Below, piece by piece: positions 38,081-52,077 of a DNA stretch of 64,000 nucleotides. The stretch is from Octopus bimaculoides (Eukaryota), in assembly GCF_001194135.2 (NCBI RefSeq), contig NC_068985.1:7865390-7929389 (forward strand). The letters are read 5' to 3'. The stretch's first letter is position 1, and every line of letters starts with the position of its first letter. The translations under genes were made by a program, and so were the position numbers. Under the pieces are notes generated by a model. It did not search any database, was not told the origin of the DNA, and saw only the letters and a list, made by a program, of their open reading frames with translations.

Positions 38081-41000
38081 TGTAATTTTTATGTATAAAT
38101 TATTTTTGTATGAGAACGGGAATAGTAAATGATTACTAATGAGCTACTGTTAATTACTACTTCTCTATTAGAAGGTGGTGGTCATAGATGATGTTTGGAA
38201 ATTCTGTACCAGTTGGGCCGGGAAGAGCATACTGAATTATGTACCAGGTGATAGGGAAGGGACTTAACCTCCATGGCCAGTGCTTCAACACTGGAATTTA
38301 TCCTACATAAAATCAGGCTTCAGCATATAAACTTTTTCTCTGTGTCCACTGATTGGCATTGATAGGATTTAAGGTCAAGGACAATTGGAGTTGGCACTGA
38401 AGGGACCTGGTCTGAATGCTTGCAATAGAGTTAACTCTGCTGAAGACATTCAAGGACTAGGTTTGACATGGGCAACCTTACTCAAGAAGTGGGCTGCATG
38501 AGACATGGCTCTACTTCAGGCAGGACACGCTACTATATTATGTTACTTGTGAAATTAGATGTGTCATTCTGAAAGTTCTTGCCAGCCTGTTTGCTCTTGA
38601 CTGGTCTAGGTGGTCTAGGTCTGTTACAGTATATGTTGTGTATATATATATACACACACACACATACATACATGTTCATANNNNNNNNNNNNNNNNNNNN
38701 NNNNNNNNNNNNNNNNNNNNNNNNNNNNNNNNNNNNNNNNNNNNNNNNNNNNNNNNNNNNNNNNNNNNNNNNNNNNNNNNNNNNNNNNNNNNNNNNNNNN
38801 NNNNNNNNNNNNNNNNNNNNNNNNNNNNNNNNNNNNNNNNNNNNNNNNNNNNNNNNNNNNNNNNNNNNNNNNNNNNNNNNNNNNNNNNNNNNNNNNNNNN
38901 NNNNNNNNNNNNNNNNNNNNNNNNNNNNNNNNNNNNNNNNNNNNNNNNNNNNNNNNNNNNNNNNNNNNNNNNNNNNNNNNNNNNNNNNNNNNNNNNNNNN
39001 NNNNNNNNNNNNNNNNNNNNNNNNNNNNNNNNNNNNNNNNNNNNNNNNNNNNNNNNNNNNNNNNNNNNNNNNNNNNNNNNNNNNNNNNNNNNNNNNNNNN
39101 NNNNNNNNNNNNNNNNNNNNNNNNNNNNNNNNNNNNNNNNNNNNNNNNNNNNNNNNNNNNNNNNNNNNNNNNNNNNNNNNNNNNNNNATATATATATACA
39201 TACATACATATACACACACACACACACGCACACAAACATGATGGGGTGCTGAAAAGTTCCTAGTTTTAAGGGTATCACTCCTGGTTGGAGGCCAACCTTC
39301 CGAGTTCTTTTACAGGGATTAGAAATTTTGAATAAAATCATTATTAACTGATCCTCCTGTTTTTTTCTTTTACCTAAAGCCAGGAATTTTTCAGTACTTC
39401 ATTGTATATATTTGTGTGTGTATATGTATATGTATGTACTCATGCACACATTGTGGACATTAGAAAAAAAAATTTTTTCTTCATTTATAAATTCCTCTCC
39501 CTTTCTTCAAATTGTAACTTAACCCTTTTGTTACCATATTTCTGTTTAGATGCTCTGTGTTTCTTTCAATTAATTTTAAATATAACAAAGAATTCAGTAA
39601 AATAACTTAGTTATCATTAAGCTAGAATTAGGAATATAAATTGTGACTAAGGTTTAGTGGAAGATTTTAATTCAGAACTTTTGAAAACAAGATATTTGTA
39701 CTACCGGAGCCAGAGGTGGTTTCAGCCAGGTTGGTATCAAAAAGGTTAAATATCTGTTTTTGTCTTACTACTTTCACATTTATTTTTTTTTATTTTAGTT
39801 CAATGTATGCGATGTAAAGAGAAATCAAACACCTATGATCCATACCTGGATATCAGTTTAGATATAAAGGTAACTACATACATATGTCTCTCTATTTATC
39901 TTTCAATTTGTGATTTTTTTTTTTGTTGCCATGTCTCTCCACCTCCTCTGTCGTGCCTTTTTCAATTGGAAATGTTCTCTCATTCACTCTGTCTCATTCC
40001 TCTTTTTCATCATATTTCTTGTTTTGTTTTTCCTCCTTCTGATTCCATCTGTATTTTTTCTTTCTATTCCCACTCTCTGTCTTTTCAACAATTCCTCTGT
40101 ATTTTCACAGAATGTACCATCTTTAGAACGAGCATTTGAGAAATATGTTACAGCTGAAGTTTTGGATCATGACAATTCCTACATGTGTACCAGGTTAGTA
40201 GAATTTTTTCCTCTCTAATTCTAGTCCTCTAATTCTCTGTTTCTATAAACTGTATGTTAGTAATAATCCATCATTGTGACCATGACAATGATGTGGAAGA
40301 GGATGATGATGATTATATTAGAGAAATTAATGTGTTAGATTCTTTCTACTTTGGTATGCTGCATGAGTTCAGATCTCTCAAAAGCTTGTTTCATAACACA
40401 AGACTTAATATAATCCCCTCGTTCAGAATAGATTTATTTAACTATAATAATTTCCCTAAAGTGCCCCTTTCTAGCAAGTAGGTGTAGTAAAAAGTTATTA
40501 GTAGATATGCAGTAGCAGTATAGGGGTAGCCTATCACTGCATCCACCATTTTTTGGTGATACCCTACTACTTGGAGAAGATGATGCCTCAACACCCCTCC
40601 AGTGATAGCCCTCAAAACTAAGGGTTTGTTTGGGTTGTTGTTGCTGGTGAGGGTTTTACGAGGTCAGAGTACAAATCCTACCTCAACCATGTTTAGTCAC
40701 CTTTTGTGGCACCCAGAGGAAATGCTGGAGTCACCTTCTATGGCACACAGAAGAAATGTTGGGTCTCTTCTAGACCCCACACAGCATTAGAGCAATGTGA
40801 AACGAAGTGTTTTGTTCAGGAACACATGTCACCCAGTCCTGGAATTGAACCTCTGATCTGACGATTGTGATTGCAACTCCCTGACCACTGGTCCACATGC
40901 CTAGTGGTTAGTGTGGACATGGTAGTGCAGTAAATATGACTTTTGAGTTTGTGGCCTGGTTTTGACTCCCCTGTTTTGTAAAGGATTTTGGGAAATGTAT

Positions 41001-44000
41001 GAGCAGCATGATCCTACTCAGCCCTTTTCTTTTTAAAAGTGTCTTCCCCCTTAATTCTAATGACTTACATTTCATTATAAATCCTTATTTTTTTTCAGGT
41101 GTCAACGCAAAGTAGTTGCTGAAAAGCGCTTTACCATCCATAAACCTTCCAATGTTTTAACAATTCAATTGAAAAGGTTTGTTTTTATTGATTTGATTTG
41201 CTTCTATAACCATTTATTGATTGTTGTTATTTGCTGATAATCAAGAGTATTTGAGTTTGTAAAAACAATGCTGTATTAGATTAAATACCATACTATATTT
41301 AGTTTCATTCTTCTCCACATTCCAGAGTTTATCCTTTGCATCTTTCCATCTCTCATATATTAGGTACCAGTAATATACTGGAGTTACGTTATACTGTTCT
41401 TCTAACTCTGGTCGTTTAATAACCTAGTTGAATGGTTCTCAACGAGAATCCACAAGACCTTTGGGGGTCGATATAAAATTTTGTTGTTAAAAATTACTTG
41501 CAATAAATTGGCTATACTTCTACAATGCACAAAATATTTTCGCATTTTGTTTATACAATTCTTAATGATATTTAATTCATTAAGGAGCTCTCTCAACTTT
41601 GCCCAGCCTTATCTTATTCTCACAGCTACACTCTTGGTGCATCCACCTCTGCTACTAATTCAGTCTCCTAGATAACAGAAGCGATCTACTACCTTTATCT
41701 TACCCCACTGACAGCTGATGGAATCTATCTCCTGTGCATTTTTGGTGTTTATTGTACCTGTGCATTTTCCACTCACAAAAGTAATTTTCCCAGTTAACCT
41801 TCTTCTGATATTGTTGCACCTTTTATGTGCAGCAATATCAGATTGTTTTCTCGTCTGTGCTACAAATACATAAGCTTACACCGGGTGCATCTTATGGAGT
41901 TTCTACCTACACCTTTTCTACAGATCAAGCAGGGCCATCTACCTGAAGGATTTGTGATTTGTCTGCCTTCCTGCTTACTAAGACTTTGGTTTTTGCTAAG
42001 TTAACTCTAAGGCCCTTCAATTCTAGACCTTGCTTCCATACCTGCAACTTGTCTAGTTCTGAAAGTGTGAATGGCTATGAGGGTCCATCTGACTAAAATA
42101 GGAATCTGAGGGGTCCATAGGCGAAAAAAAAAAAAATGGTTGACAGCCACTGATTTAGTTTATCATTAAAACTGAACTGTAAATTATTCTTTCTACTTGT
42201 TCTCATAATACACTGTTTGTCTTTTGACTGTCAGATCGCAGAATATTCTTACTAACTGTCAAAAACATTTTACATTATATATTTTTCAACTAATTTGTTG
42301 TAATATTTTCAGATTTGATTACAACCGGTACTTTGGCAAAATTGTCCGGCACATCAGCTTTCCAGAGAAACTTAATCTTCGTCCTTATATGAGTATTAGA
42401 CAGGTAAGGGACCATTTCTATCTTGTTGTTTTCTACTAATCTAGCTTCTTGAATATATTGAGGCAGGGTATTTGTACTATTACCAAATACTATATACATA
42501 TATATGTGTGTGTCTGTGTGTTAGTGTGTTTGCCAAAATGAATCCTCATTGGTTTGGCACAGCTCTAACTTGATTGTTTGCATATGTCCAAAGCTTACAC
42601 CGGGTGCATCTTATGGAGTTTCTACCTACAATTTTTCTACAGATTGAGCAGGGCCATCGACCTGAAGGTGATTTGTGATTTGTTTGCCTTCCTACTTACT
42701 ATGACTTTGGATTTGTCTACCTTCCTACTTACTAAGATTCTGCATGTTCTTTCAACTTGCTGCTACTTCCTGTTGTTCTATACTACTTGGCAAGACTGTC
42801 TGTGGCATGGATGATAGCAAGTTTGTCCACTAAACAAGGGATATCTGTGGATATGATTTAACTTGGTGAATTGGCGGCATTGTTATGACTGGAATACCAT
42901 GAAGTGGATGGTTGCTTATTTTGTCCTAATTTTTGTGAATGGAAGTATTGTCAGAGAGCACTGAAGTAGCTTTTAACCCTTTAGCATTTACACTAGCCAT
43001 ATCTGGCCAAAGTTCTCTACATGTTTTATGTTCAAACTGACCAGATCTGGCCTCTCACACCAGTCCTACAATGTAATTCTAAAAATGACATTGGCCACAT
43101 AAAACGTGTCCATGCTGGAGTCACATAAAAAGCACTTAGTATGCTCTGTAAAGTCATTGGTAAGGGCATCCAACGATAGAAACCTTACCAAAAACAGACT
43201 GGAATCTGGTGCAGCCCTCTGGCTTGCTAGCTCCTGTCCAGCGATTCAACCCATACCAGCATGGAAAACAGATGTTAACTGATGATGAAACACTCACATT
43301 ATTATAATCTCAAATCTTGCAAGATAATGCATGATTAATTCAATAAGCATTACATTTGATAGGTTAATGTGAATGCTAAAGCATTAAGCCATCAGCTGAA
43401 TCAAAATTTCTCCAGTTGCTCAAGATTTCAACCGATAGATTCTTCAACCATTACTGCAAACTTTTTCTTCTTTCAGGGTGAATCACTGATGTATAAACTC
43501 TATGCTGTACTTGTACATACTGGTCATTCCTGTACATCTGGTCATTATTTTGCATATGTACGGCCTTCCAACCAATCTTGGTATTGCATGAATGATAGTT
43601 CGGTAAGTAAATTATTTTCTGTTTTTCATTCTGTTTTGTATCACCTGATTCATTACATATGCACATCAAGCATTAACATACAAGCTAAAACTCAACTACA
43701 TTTGTTAACTGAACCACGTACAGTGCAGATATCAGCTAAATATTAAAATCACTATATTGTATTGTCTGCTGTTGTTGGAGACCTGTGCATTACCATTTGA
43801 TTGTTTTCTCATTTGTGCTACAAATACATAAATATCAGAGGATGCAACTATGTATTTTTTATCTTTTACTTGTTACAGTCATTCGACTGAGGCCATGCTG
43901 AGGTTACCACTTTAAAGAGTTTCTAGTTGAATGAATTAACCCCAGTACTCTTTTTTTTTTTTTTTCTCAATCCTGGTACTTACTCTTTTGGTCTCTTTTG

Positions 44001-45963
44001 CTGAACTGCTAAGTTTCTGAGATGCAAACACATCCAAAACTAGTTGTCAAATAGTAGTAGGGGACAAACACACACACACGACTGGCTTCTTCAGTTTCTG
44101 TCTACCAAATTCACTCACAAGACTTTGGTCTGCCTGAAGCTATAGTAGAAGACACTTGGACACTTGCTCAAACAAAGTGCCATCCAGTGGGAATGAACCT
44201 GGAACCATGTGGTTAGAAAGCAAACTTCTTACCACTCAGCCACATTTTTTTTATAGTTATTATGGCAATTTTTAGCTGAAATATAAGGCATTATTATTAC
44301 AGTCTTAAAGGTGGTGAACTAGCAGAATCGTTAGCATGCCGGGCGAAATGCTTAGAGGTATTTCGTCTGTCGCTAAGCTTTGAGTTCAGATTCTGCCATG
44401 GTCGACTTTGCCTTTTATCCTTTCAGGGTTGATAAATTAAGTACTAGTCAAGCACTGGGGTTGATGTAATCAATTATCTCCCTAGCCCAAATTTCAGGCC
44501 TTGTGCCTGTAGTAGAAAGGATTGTTATTACAGACTTAATTGTTTTTTGCTTAAGCAATTACAATTCAAATGTTGTTTTTCATTTTCAAAAAGAAATGTA
44601 ATTTTAATGTTTCTGCTCCAAACTGTGTAAAATGTTATCTTAAAAAATAAATTACTTCCGAAAATATTATAAGCTTTCTCTGTATATAGACTACAGAAAA
44701 TAGTCTAATATTAGGGCATATAAACCCTTGATTTTATTTTTTTGTCCCCCACCCCCTATCAATGTGTTTATATACCCCAATATTTGACCAACCAAAACCT
44801 TGGGAGTGGATTTGCTAAATGGAAACTGAAAGAAGTTCATCTTTATGTGTGTGTGTTACTGTCTCTTTGTTTTGCTATAGTATGATAGTTGTAATCAAGT
44901 GTCACTGTCAAGCAAGTGGTGTCCTTTGTTTCCAGTCTTCTGTGAAAAGCATGTCTGGTTTTGGGAACTGGTGAAGGTTGGCAACAAGAAGGGCATTCAG
45001 CCATAGAAAATCTGCCTCAACAAATTCCATTTGACCCATGCAAGCATGGAAATGTGGATGTTGCAACAATGATGATGTCTTAAGAGATATTAAAATTAAT
45101 TGTATGGTATTTATTATGTATGTGCACACACATTAGTATACCCATGCTGTCAAAGATTAATGCATTTTGGAAATGAACTGGCTGGAACTTTAGTTAAGTG
45201 AATTGTCATAATATACCCTCTTTATATATGACAAAAACTTGTTAAAACACATAATATATTGCAAGGTTAGGCTCTAATCAAAGCTCACTTACTAAAAGTA
45301 GTTTATCAATCAATGTAGCATGCATTCTGTACAAATTATCACTGTGACATGTTCTATATGTAAAGCTGTTACTTAGTGATATATACTTATATCACTGTGT
45401 ATTTTTATGTTCGGTTATAATAATAACGATTTTACATCGCTCTGAGGAGTTAGTTTATAGTGTATGAAGTAGGGTACAAATTTATTATTCTGAAACAAAA
45501 ATATTATTGGCAGTCACTTTGAAGTTTCAGCCATCCTGCGTCTAACCTACTCTGATGGACACAGCTAAACATACACACCTGCATACAAAGAACCACATAC
45601 ATGAATAAATTCTAAACAATAACACAACCCCAAATTCAATCAATAAAAATTTCTCCAAAACACTTCTCCATAACAACCCACACTCAAACCTCATTACCAC
45701 TCCACTCAAACTCACGCACTCAGAATTGAGGGTATATAAAGCCAATAGTAACTCTTACGCATTGTAGTCCAACAATGGCTTAACTGGCTGAAACTTCTAA
45801 GTCTCTGTCAACAATATTCTTGTTTAAGAATAATATATCACTATATGTCAGTTTTCCAGTATATCAGCACAGAATATATTTTCTAAGGTTATTGTGAATT
45901 TGTTGCTATATAAAATTACATTACAATTTTCATGTATGGAAATATGTATATATTTGCAATACG

Positions 45964-46021
<58 letters not shown>

Positions 46022-48501
46022 GTTATAAAGATTATCCCTGATAATTGTCAGTGTCTCTCTCTCTCTCTCTTTATGTTTAGGTGACAGAAGTGAGTGCTTC
46101 ACGAGTGTTTGAGTCAGAGGCTTATATGTTGTTCTATCTTCGTTGCAAAGAGAAAAAAGCTGCAGTAAGTATTTAAAAAACAAAATTACTAATTTAGTTT
46201 TTATTAATAAATTTTGGCTGCACGTTGTCTGCCAATTTCTTATGTTGGTGCAGGAATTTAATCCTAGTCTATGGCAGTTGATTGCCATTAATAATTATTT
46301 TGATCTAACCTCTTTTTAGCATCTGCCATACAACAGTTCTTTTGTATTTTTTAAAATTTTTCTGAAGAGGAGGAGTTTTTGATGAGAAACAGAGAATAAG
46401 GAATCAGTAACTGCCCAGGGCTGGAATATCTCTGGGTCTTGAAGAGAAATCCAAATCTCTTTTGTGAATATGATTATTTTTTTGATTGTTAGGGATAAAA
46501 ACGTTTCAATATTTTCTATATTTCACATGATGTAGTTGTAAATATTAAAACCTTTTTCATCTCAAAATATCTTTTATCTTGTTTCAGTCATTGGACTGTG
46601 GACATGCTGGGGTACACCACCCTGAACGGTTTTAGTCAAACAAAATGCCCCCAGTACTTATTTTTTAAAACTTGGTGCTTATTCTATCATTCACTTTTAC
46701 CAAAATGCTAAGTTACAGGAATGCAACAAATCAACATTGCTTGTCTAGAGATGGTAGGGACAAATGCAAAAACACATACACACACACACACACAGACCCA
46801 CATATACAACAAGCTTCTTTCTGTTTACCGTGTACTTAAATCCACTTAGAAAGCTTTGGTCAGTTCAGGGTTACAGTAGAAGACACTTGAACCATGTGAT
46901 AAGAAGCTGTAACTGCACCCATAGAACTGAACCTGTGACCATGTGATAAGAAGCAAACTTCTTACTACACAACTGTGCCAATCTTTGTAGTATTACATGT
47001 CTTGCTTATTAGTATATCATGAAAGTGAATTAATTATTCATGAGTATTGTTGTTGTGGTGACGCTCTTTCTAGCATTAACGTTTATATTCAAGCATTATC
47101 AAATATTAACCAGTGGTAGATGCCATCAAGTTGCCGGACAGTTTACAAGAGCTGTTGCTATTATTAGCAAAGGGCAGATGTTGGATTTAAAAGAGAAGAA
47201 ATGGAAGGTTGTATAAATAAGTTATAAATGTGTAGTGGTAATTTGCAGCTATATTTTAGCTAACTGGTTGTGTTAAAATCAGCATCATCATCGTTTAATG
47301 TCCGTTGGCATGGGTTGGATGGTTTGACTGAAAACAAGTAAGCTGGAGAGCTGCACCAGGTTCCAGTCTGATTTGGCAAGATTTCTACAGCTGGATGCCC
47401 TTCCTAACGCCAACCACTTCAAGAGTGTAGTGGGTGCTTTTTACATGCCAGTTACAAAACACTGGCATTGTCCATGACTGCAATCTCACTTGGCTTGACA
47501 GGTCTTCTCAAGCATGGTATAATCGCCAAAAGCCTCAGTCACTGCCTCCCTGAGGCCCGAAGCTGGAAGGGTGCTTTTAATGTGTCACCGGCACGAGTGC
47601 CATTTACGTGACACTAGCATCGGCCACAACTGTGATTTCACTTGGCTTGATGGGTCTTTTCAAGTACAGCACATCGCCAAAGGTCTTGGTCATTTGTCAT
47701 TTCCTCCATGAGGCCCAACGTTCGAAGATCATGCTTTACCACCTTGTCTCATGTCTCCACCACTTCTACAGGTTCCCTCCACCATTAGAGACTGGCACTT
47801 CTTCACACAGCTGTCCTCATCCATACATATCTTCACACAGCTGTCCTAATTGCCTCAGTTTATCAACCGCTAAAGAATAAAAGTCAAATTGGCATTGGTA
47901 GGTTTTAAACTCAGCATGTTAAGTAGCCTAACTAAATAGTCCATTGTTTCTGTCACTCCAATTAGACATTTAATTATGTCGGTGCTGCTTACAATAATTT
48001 TAACATTATAATAAATATTAATAAAAATGTATGCTTTAATCCTTGTTGATGACTGGTTGAAAAAAGCATTTATATGAATTGTATTTGTTTGAGAAATTTT
48101 GATAGAAAAATTTTTTTAAAATTATTCTCCCTCACGTACCTACCTTCTCACAATATGTACCCGTTTAATCCCTTTTCCACACCATATCCTCCTAATATCT
48201 CCTCCTTTTATCAGTGTCCACTCATTACACCCTGTCCCCTAGTTACCACTTTTCGAAATCTTGCAAAGCCATCCACCAACTCACCCTCTCCAATCTTTTA
48301 TCTGCTTCACTATACACATCTCCCCGTGACTTGGCATATAGCCCTTGCCCCTTCACTGTTACATCTTCACTGTCTTTTTGAATATATGTAGATTGTGTGT
48401 GTGTGTATCAAGCCTAATTATGTTTATATGTATCATTACCTCTCTCTCTTTCACTCTGTTTGTGTGTGTGTGCGTGTGTATGTCTCCTTGTCTTCACATC
48501 A

Positions 48502-48532
<31 letters not shown>

Positions 48533-51500
48533 GTTTAACGTCCGCTTTCCATGCTAGCATGGGTTGGACGATTTGACTGAGGACTGGTGAAACCGGATGG
48601 CAACACCAGGCACCAGTCTAATTTGGCAGAGTTTCTACAGCTGGATGCCCTTCCTAACGCCAACCACTCAGAGAGTGTAGTGGGTGCTTTTACGTGTCAA
48701 CCGCACGAAAACAGCCACGCTCGAAATGGTGTCTTTTATGTGCCACTAGTTAAAAACAAGCACTGCTGTACTACTGTTGAAGAAAGGGAGGCCCTCATTT
48801 CTGGCCACCCTTGAAAACATGTCTGGCCATCGGGAAATATTATCTTGCTTGGAATGAGTGAGGAATGGTGACAGGAAGGGCATCTAGCTATAGAAAATTT
48901 GCCTCTATGAATTCCATCTGACCCATGCAACCACATATGTACCTGATAAATTTTATAAAATTAATGAAATATTGCTGCTTATCAGCTAGACTTTACACAT
49001 TTTCCTCTGATAGCAAGAGGTTTAAAAAGTTTAGACATTTGCACATGCATTAGTGAAATGGATAATGATATCATTTCTTACATTAACCACTGAACTGTGG
49101 CATGTACTGTCAGCTTTGAAGAGTGGTGCAGGCAGAGTTTTTTTTTTATCTTGCCACAAATGTCACAGTTGTAGCAAACTTGAAATTCAACCTAACTATT
49201 GACACTCAATCCTTTAAGCATTTAAACTGGCCAGATCCAGCCTCTCACACCTTCCCAACGGTTGCATTCTAAAAAGAGAAACAATGTGAACAGATAAGCA
49301 TTACATATGATAGTAATCTTGAATGCTCCTTAAAAATATCAGTTATATGAAAATTGTTGGTAAATAAACAAATGAAACTATTTTTTAATATTTCCTTTTA
49401 AGAAAATCTTATTTTTGCTTTAAGCAAATAAATTCAAGTTCTTTGTTCTTTTTCAGGGAAATTTTATTGGTCCCCAGATGCCAGCATTACAAACTAATTT
49501 TAGAGTTGTAAATGGGTCCCACAGTAAGTTTTCTTTTTAAATTTAATTTTCACTTTTCTTTTTAATATTATAAAGGGAGATTACAAAATGTTTGTCTGTA
49601 GTCATCAATGAAGGATTATTTTGTTAATGAGATATATATTATTATTCTAAAAATAGTGTTTTAAATTTCAACTAAAATAGTTAAGAGATTTTTCATTTGC
49701 TGTGCAGCTATTGTTTTGACTAGTATCACACTTCATTATCAATTCTAGTTATATAGCATGATGAGGGCTGGTCAACCTTATCTTGATGAGAATTTAAATT
49801 TCTAGATGTTAGTCTCTATTTGCATTTCAACTGAACTTTGGATAGTAATTACAATTTTTGCTTGCCTACTGCCTGAAAGTTTTCCCATATAGTTCTTATA
49901 ATTTCAAGGATACAGTTTTTTTTTTCTTTGTATTTAAAAGATGTCCCTAATCTTGAACTTTATTTAAAAAAAAAAAGGATGCTAATCTGTAGAATGAAAG
50001 TATTGGATCTTAAATGTTGGTATTAAATTGGAATGCTTTTTACCGTTTGTAATTTCTTATTCTATAACAAGGTAGGTCTTTGTTAGTTTCTCCACTTCCC
50101 TGCTGAAAATCTTCCAAGTCAAATAAAGTTGATAATCATTTTACTGCTGATCCCCTGTGCATTACATTCAGTTGTCAATTTGGATATTTAATTTTCATTT
50201 TTCGTTTTCACTGATTACTAATTACTGCAAATATTAGACCATTACTGGTTCCAGCCAGTTGGCTGTGGCCATACCTATATTAAATTGTCTTAACTACTGA
50301 TGTTTACCTTGTCTTAAGTCATTTTATCTTCTTGCATTTCCTTGATTTGTTGTTTAGTTATTTAATATATTTGTAACTTGTGTGTCTGTGTATATTTGTA
50401 TTTTATAAGTAAGCACTAAAAAACTGGATGATTCATATCCAAGTTTTCAATCGTTAATATCTGTCTGTTAAGCATTACATAAGTGATCTTTGTTTTTTGT
50501 TTTTAATTTTTTTGGCGAATGTATAGAAATGATACATTATAATTTATAAGTGCAAATTCACAATTTCTGTTTTTTCAAACTCAATCTTATTTTAACAACT
50601 CACTCTTGAGTTTACTTTAGATGGCTATGCTCCATTAATAACAAGCTAAGCTTTCAGTATTTCTTGACTTTAAAAAGAAAAGGTACCTTCAGTATTACAT
50701 TAAATAAGTGATATAGTCTTGTTGCATTAGATGGGGTAGTTTTAGACCAGTTTTACCAGGTTCTCTTTTATTCAATGATTACCAAGGCATGGAACACTTT
50801 TCTAGTACTTTACAGCTAATTTTAGTGTCCTAATTAAGCCGTAACATTGCCAATTCTCTTATAGAGGAGCAGTGCATCAACTATACCGGTTTGCTTAATG
50901 TTTTAGTTAAATTTTCCTCATGTCATGATTTTCATGGCTGTTTTATTAAGCATACTTGGTTTACTTCCAGGGTCTCCAGTGCTGAATGATGTTGGCACGG
51001 CACTTCAACGCAAGAACAATACACTTCAGACCTTGTATTCCCCAAAGTCTTTGGTAGACACTGGCAATAGCAATGCTTCAAAGGCTACTCCACTGCCAGA
51101 CAAACGTGATAAAATCTCTTTTGGTATTAGTAGTTTTGCAAAAGCAGACGGCACCAAGTCAGCTTCTGACCGCAACAGTAAGACTGGGGACGCCAAACCT
51201 AGGATTGTAATGCAGATAAAAAATGGCATTGTAACCACAATTGAAAAACCTGCTAATGGAAGCATTAAAGTGGTGAGCAAGCATGAAGAGGAGGTCTCCA
51301 AGCTGGTTCCTTATACTGGTGACTCTGAATCTGATCAGGAGAACAAAAGCAATTCTATCTGTTCACCTCCTCATGTACATCAAAAAAACAAAGCTAGTAG
51401 TGAAGCCTTTAAACATAGTGAAAATAAGTTAGATTTATCTTCTAATGATGATAAAGTGGTTTTTGACCAGAGTCTAAATGCCACCACCTCTGTTCCAGGA

Positions 51501-51981
51501 AACACTCACCTTTTAGAAACAACTAATCGTGAAAGAACTAACTCTCGAGATATTCGTTCTCCTGATAGATTTTCTTTATCTTCTTTAAGACACAAGGATT
51601 TGACCTTGAAGCTGCACAGTCGACATTCACAGTCAAAATCTTCTCCTGTGGAAAAAAGTACCTCTAGTACTATTTGTTCAACAGCTACCTCTGTTGTTGC
51701 CATTGCTGGAGTTTCACAACCCTTAGATACAGCTGCTATGGTGAAACTGAAACCTGCAAACTTGTTTCTTCCATCTCAAGAATCTTCACCTAGCTTATCT
51801 TCATCGGCATCAGCATCAGCATCAACTGCCATCACTAGTTCAAATTGTGCAACAGATTGGCATGTGTTTGATAAAAGCAGTGTCTCGCCTAGTACAAAAC
51901 CTGAGTGGCAACCAGCAGGCTGGAGTGTCATAAGTAAAGAGAGTTTGACCAGTTGTACTAGTAGTAGTAGTAGTAGTAGTA

Positions 51982-52020
<39 letters not shown>

Positions 52021-52039
52021 GTAATAATAATAATAATAA

Positions 52040-52077
<38 letters not shown>

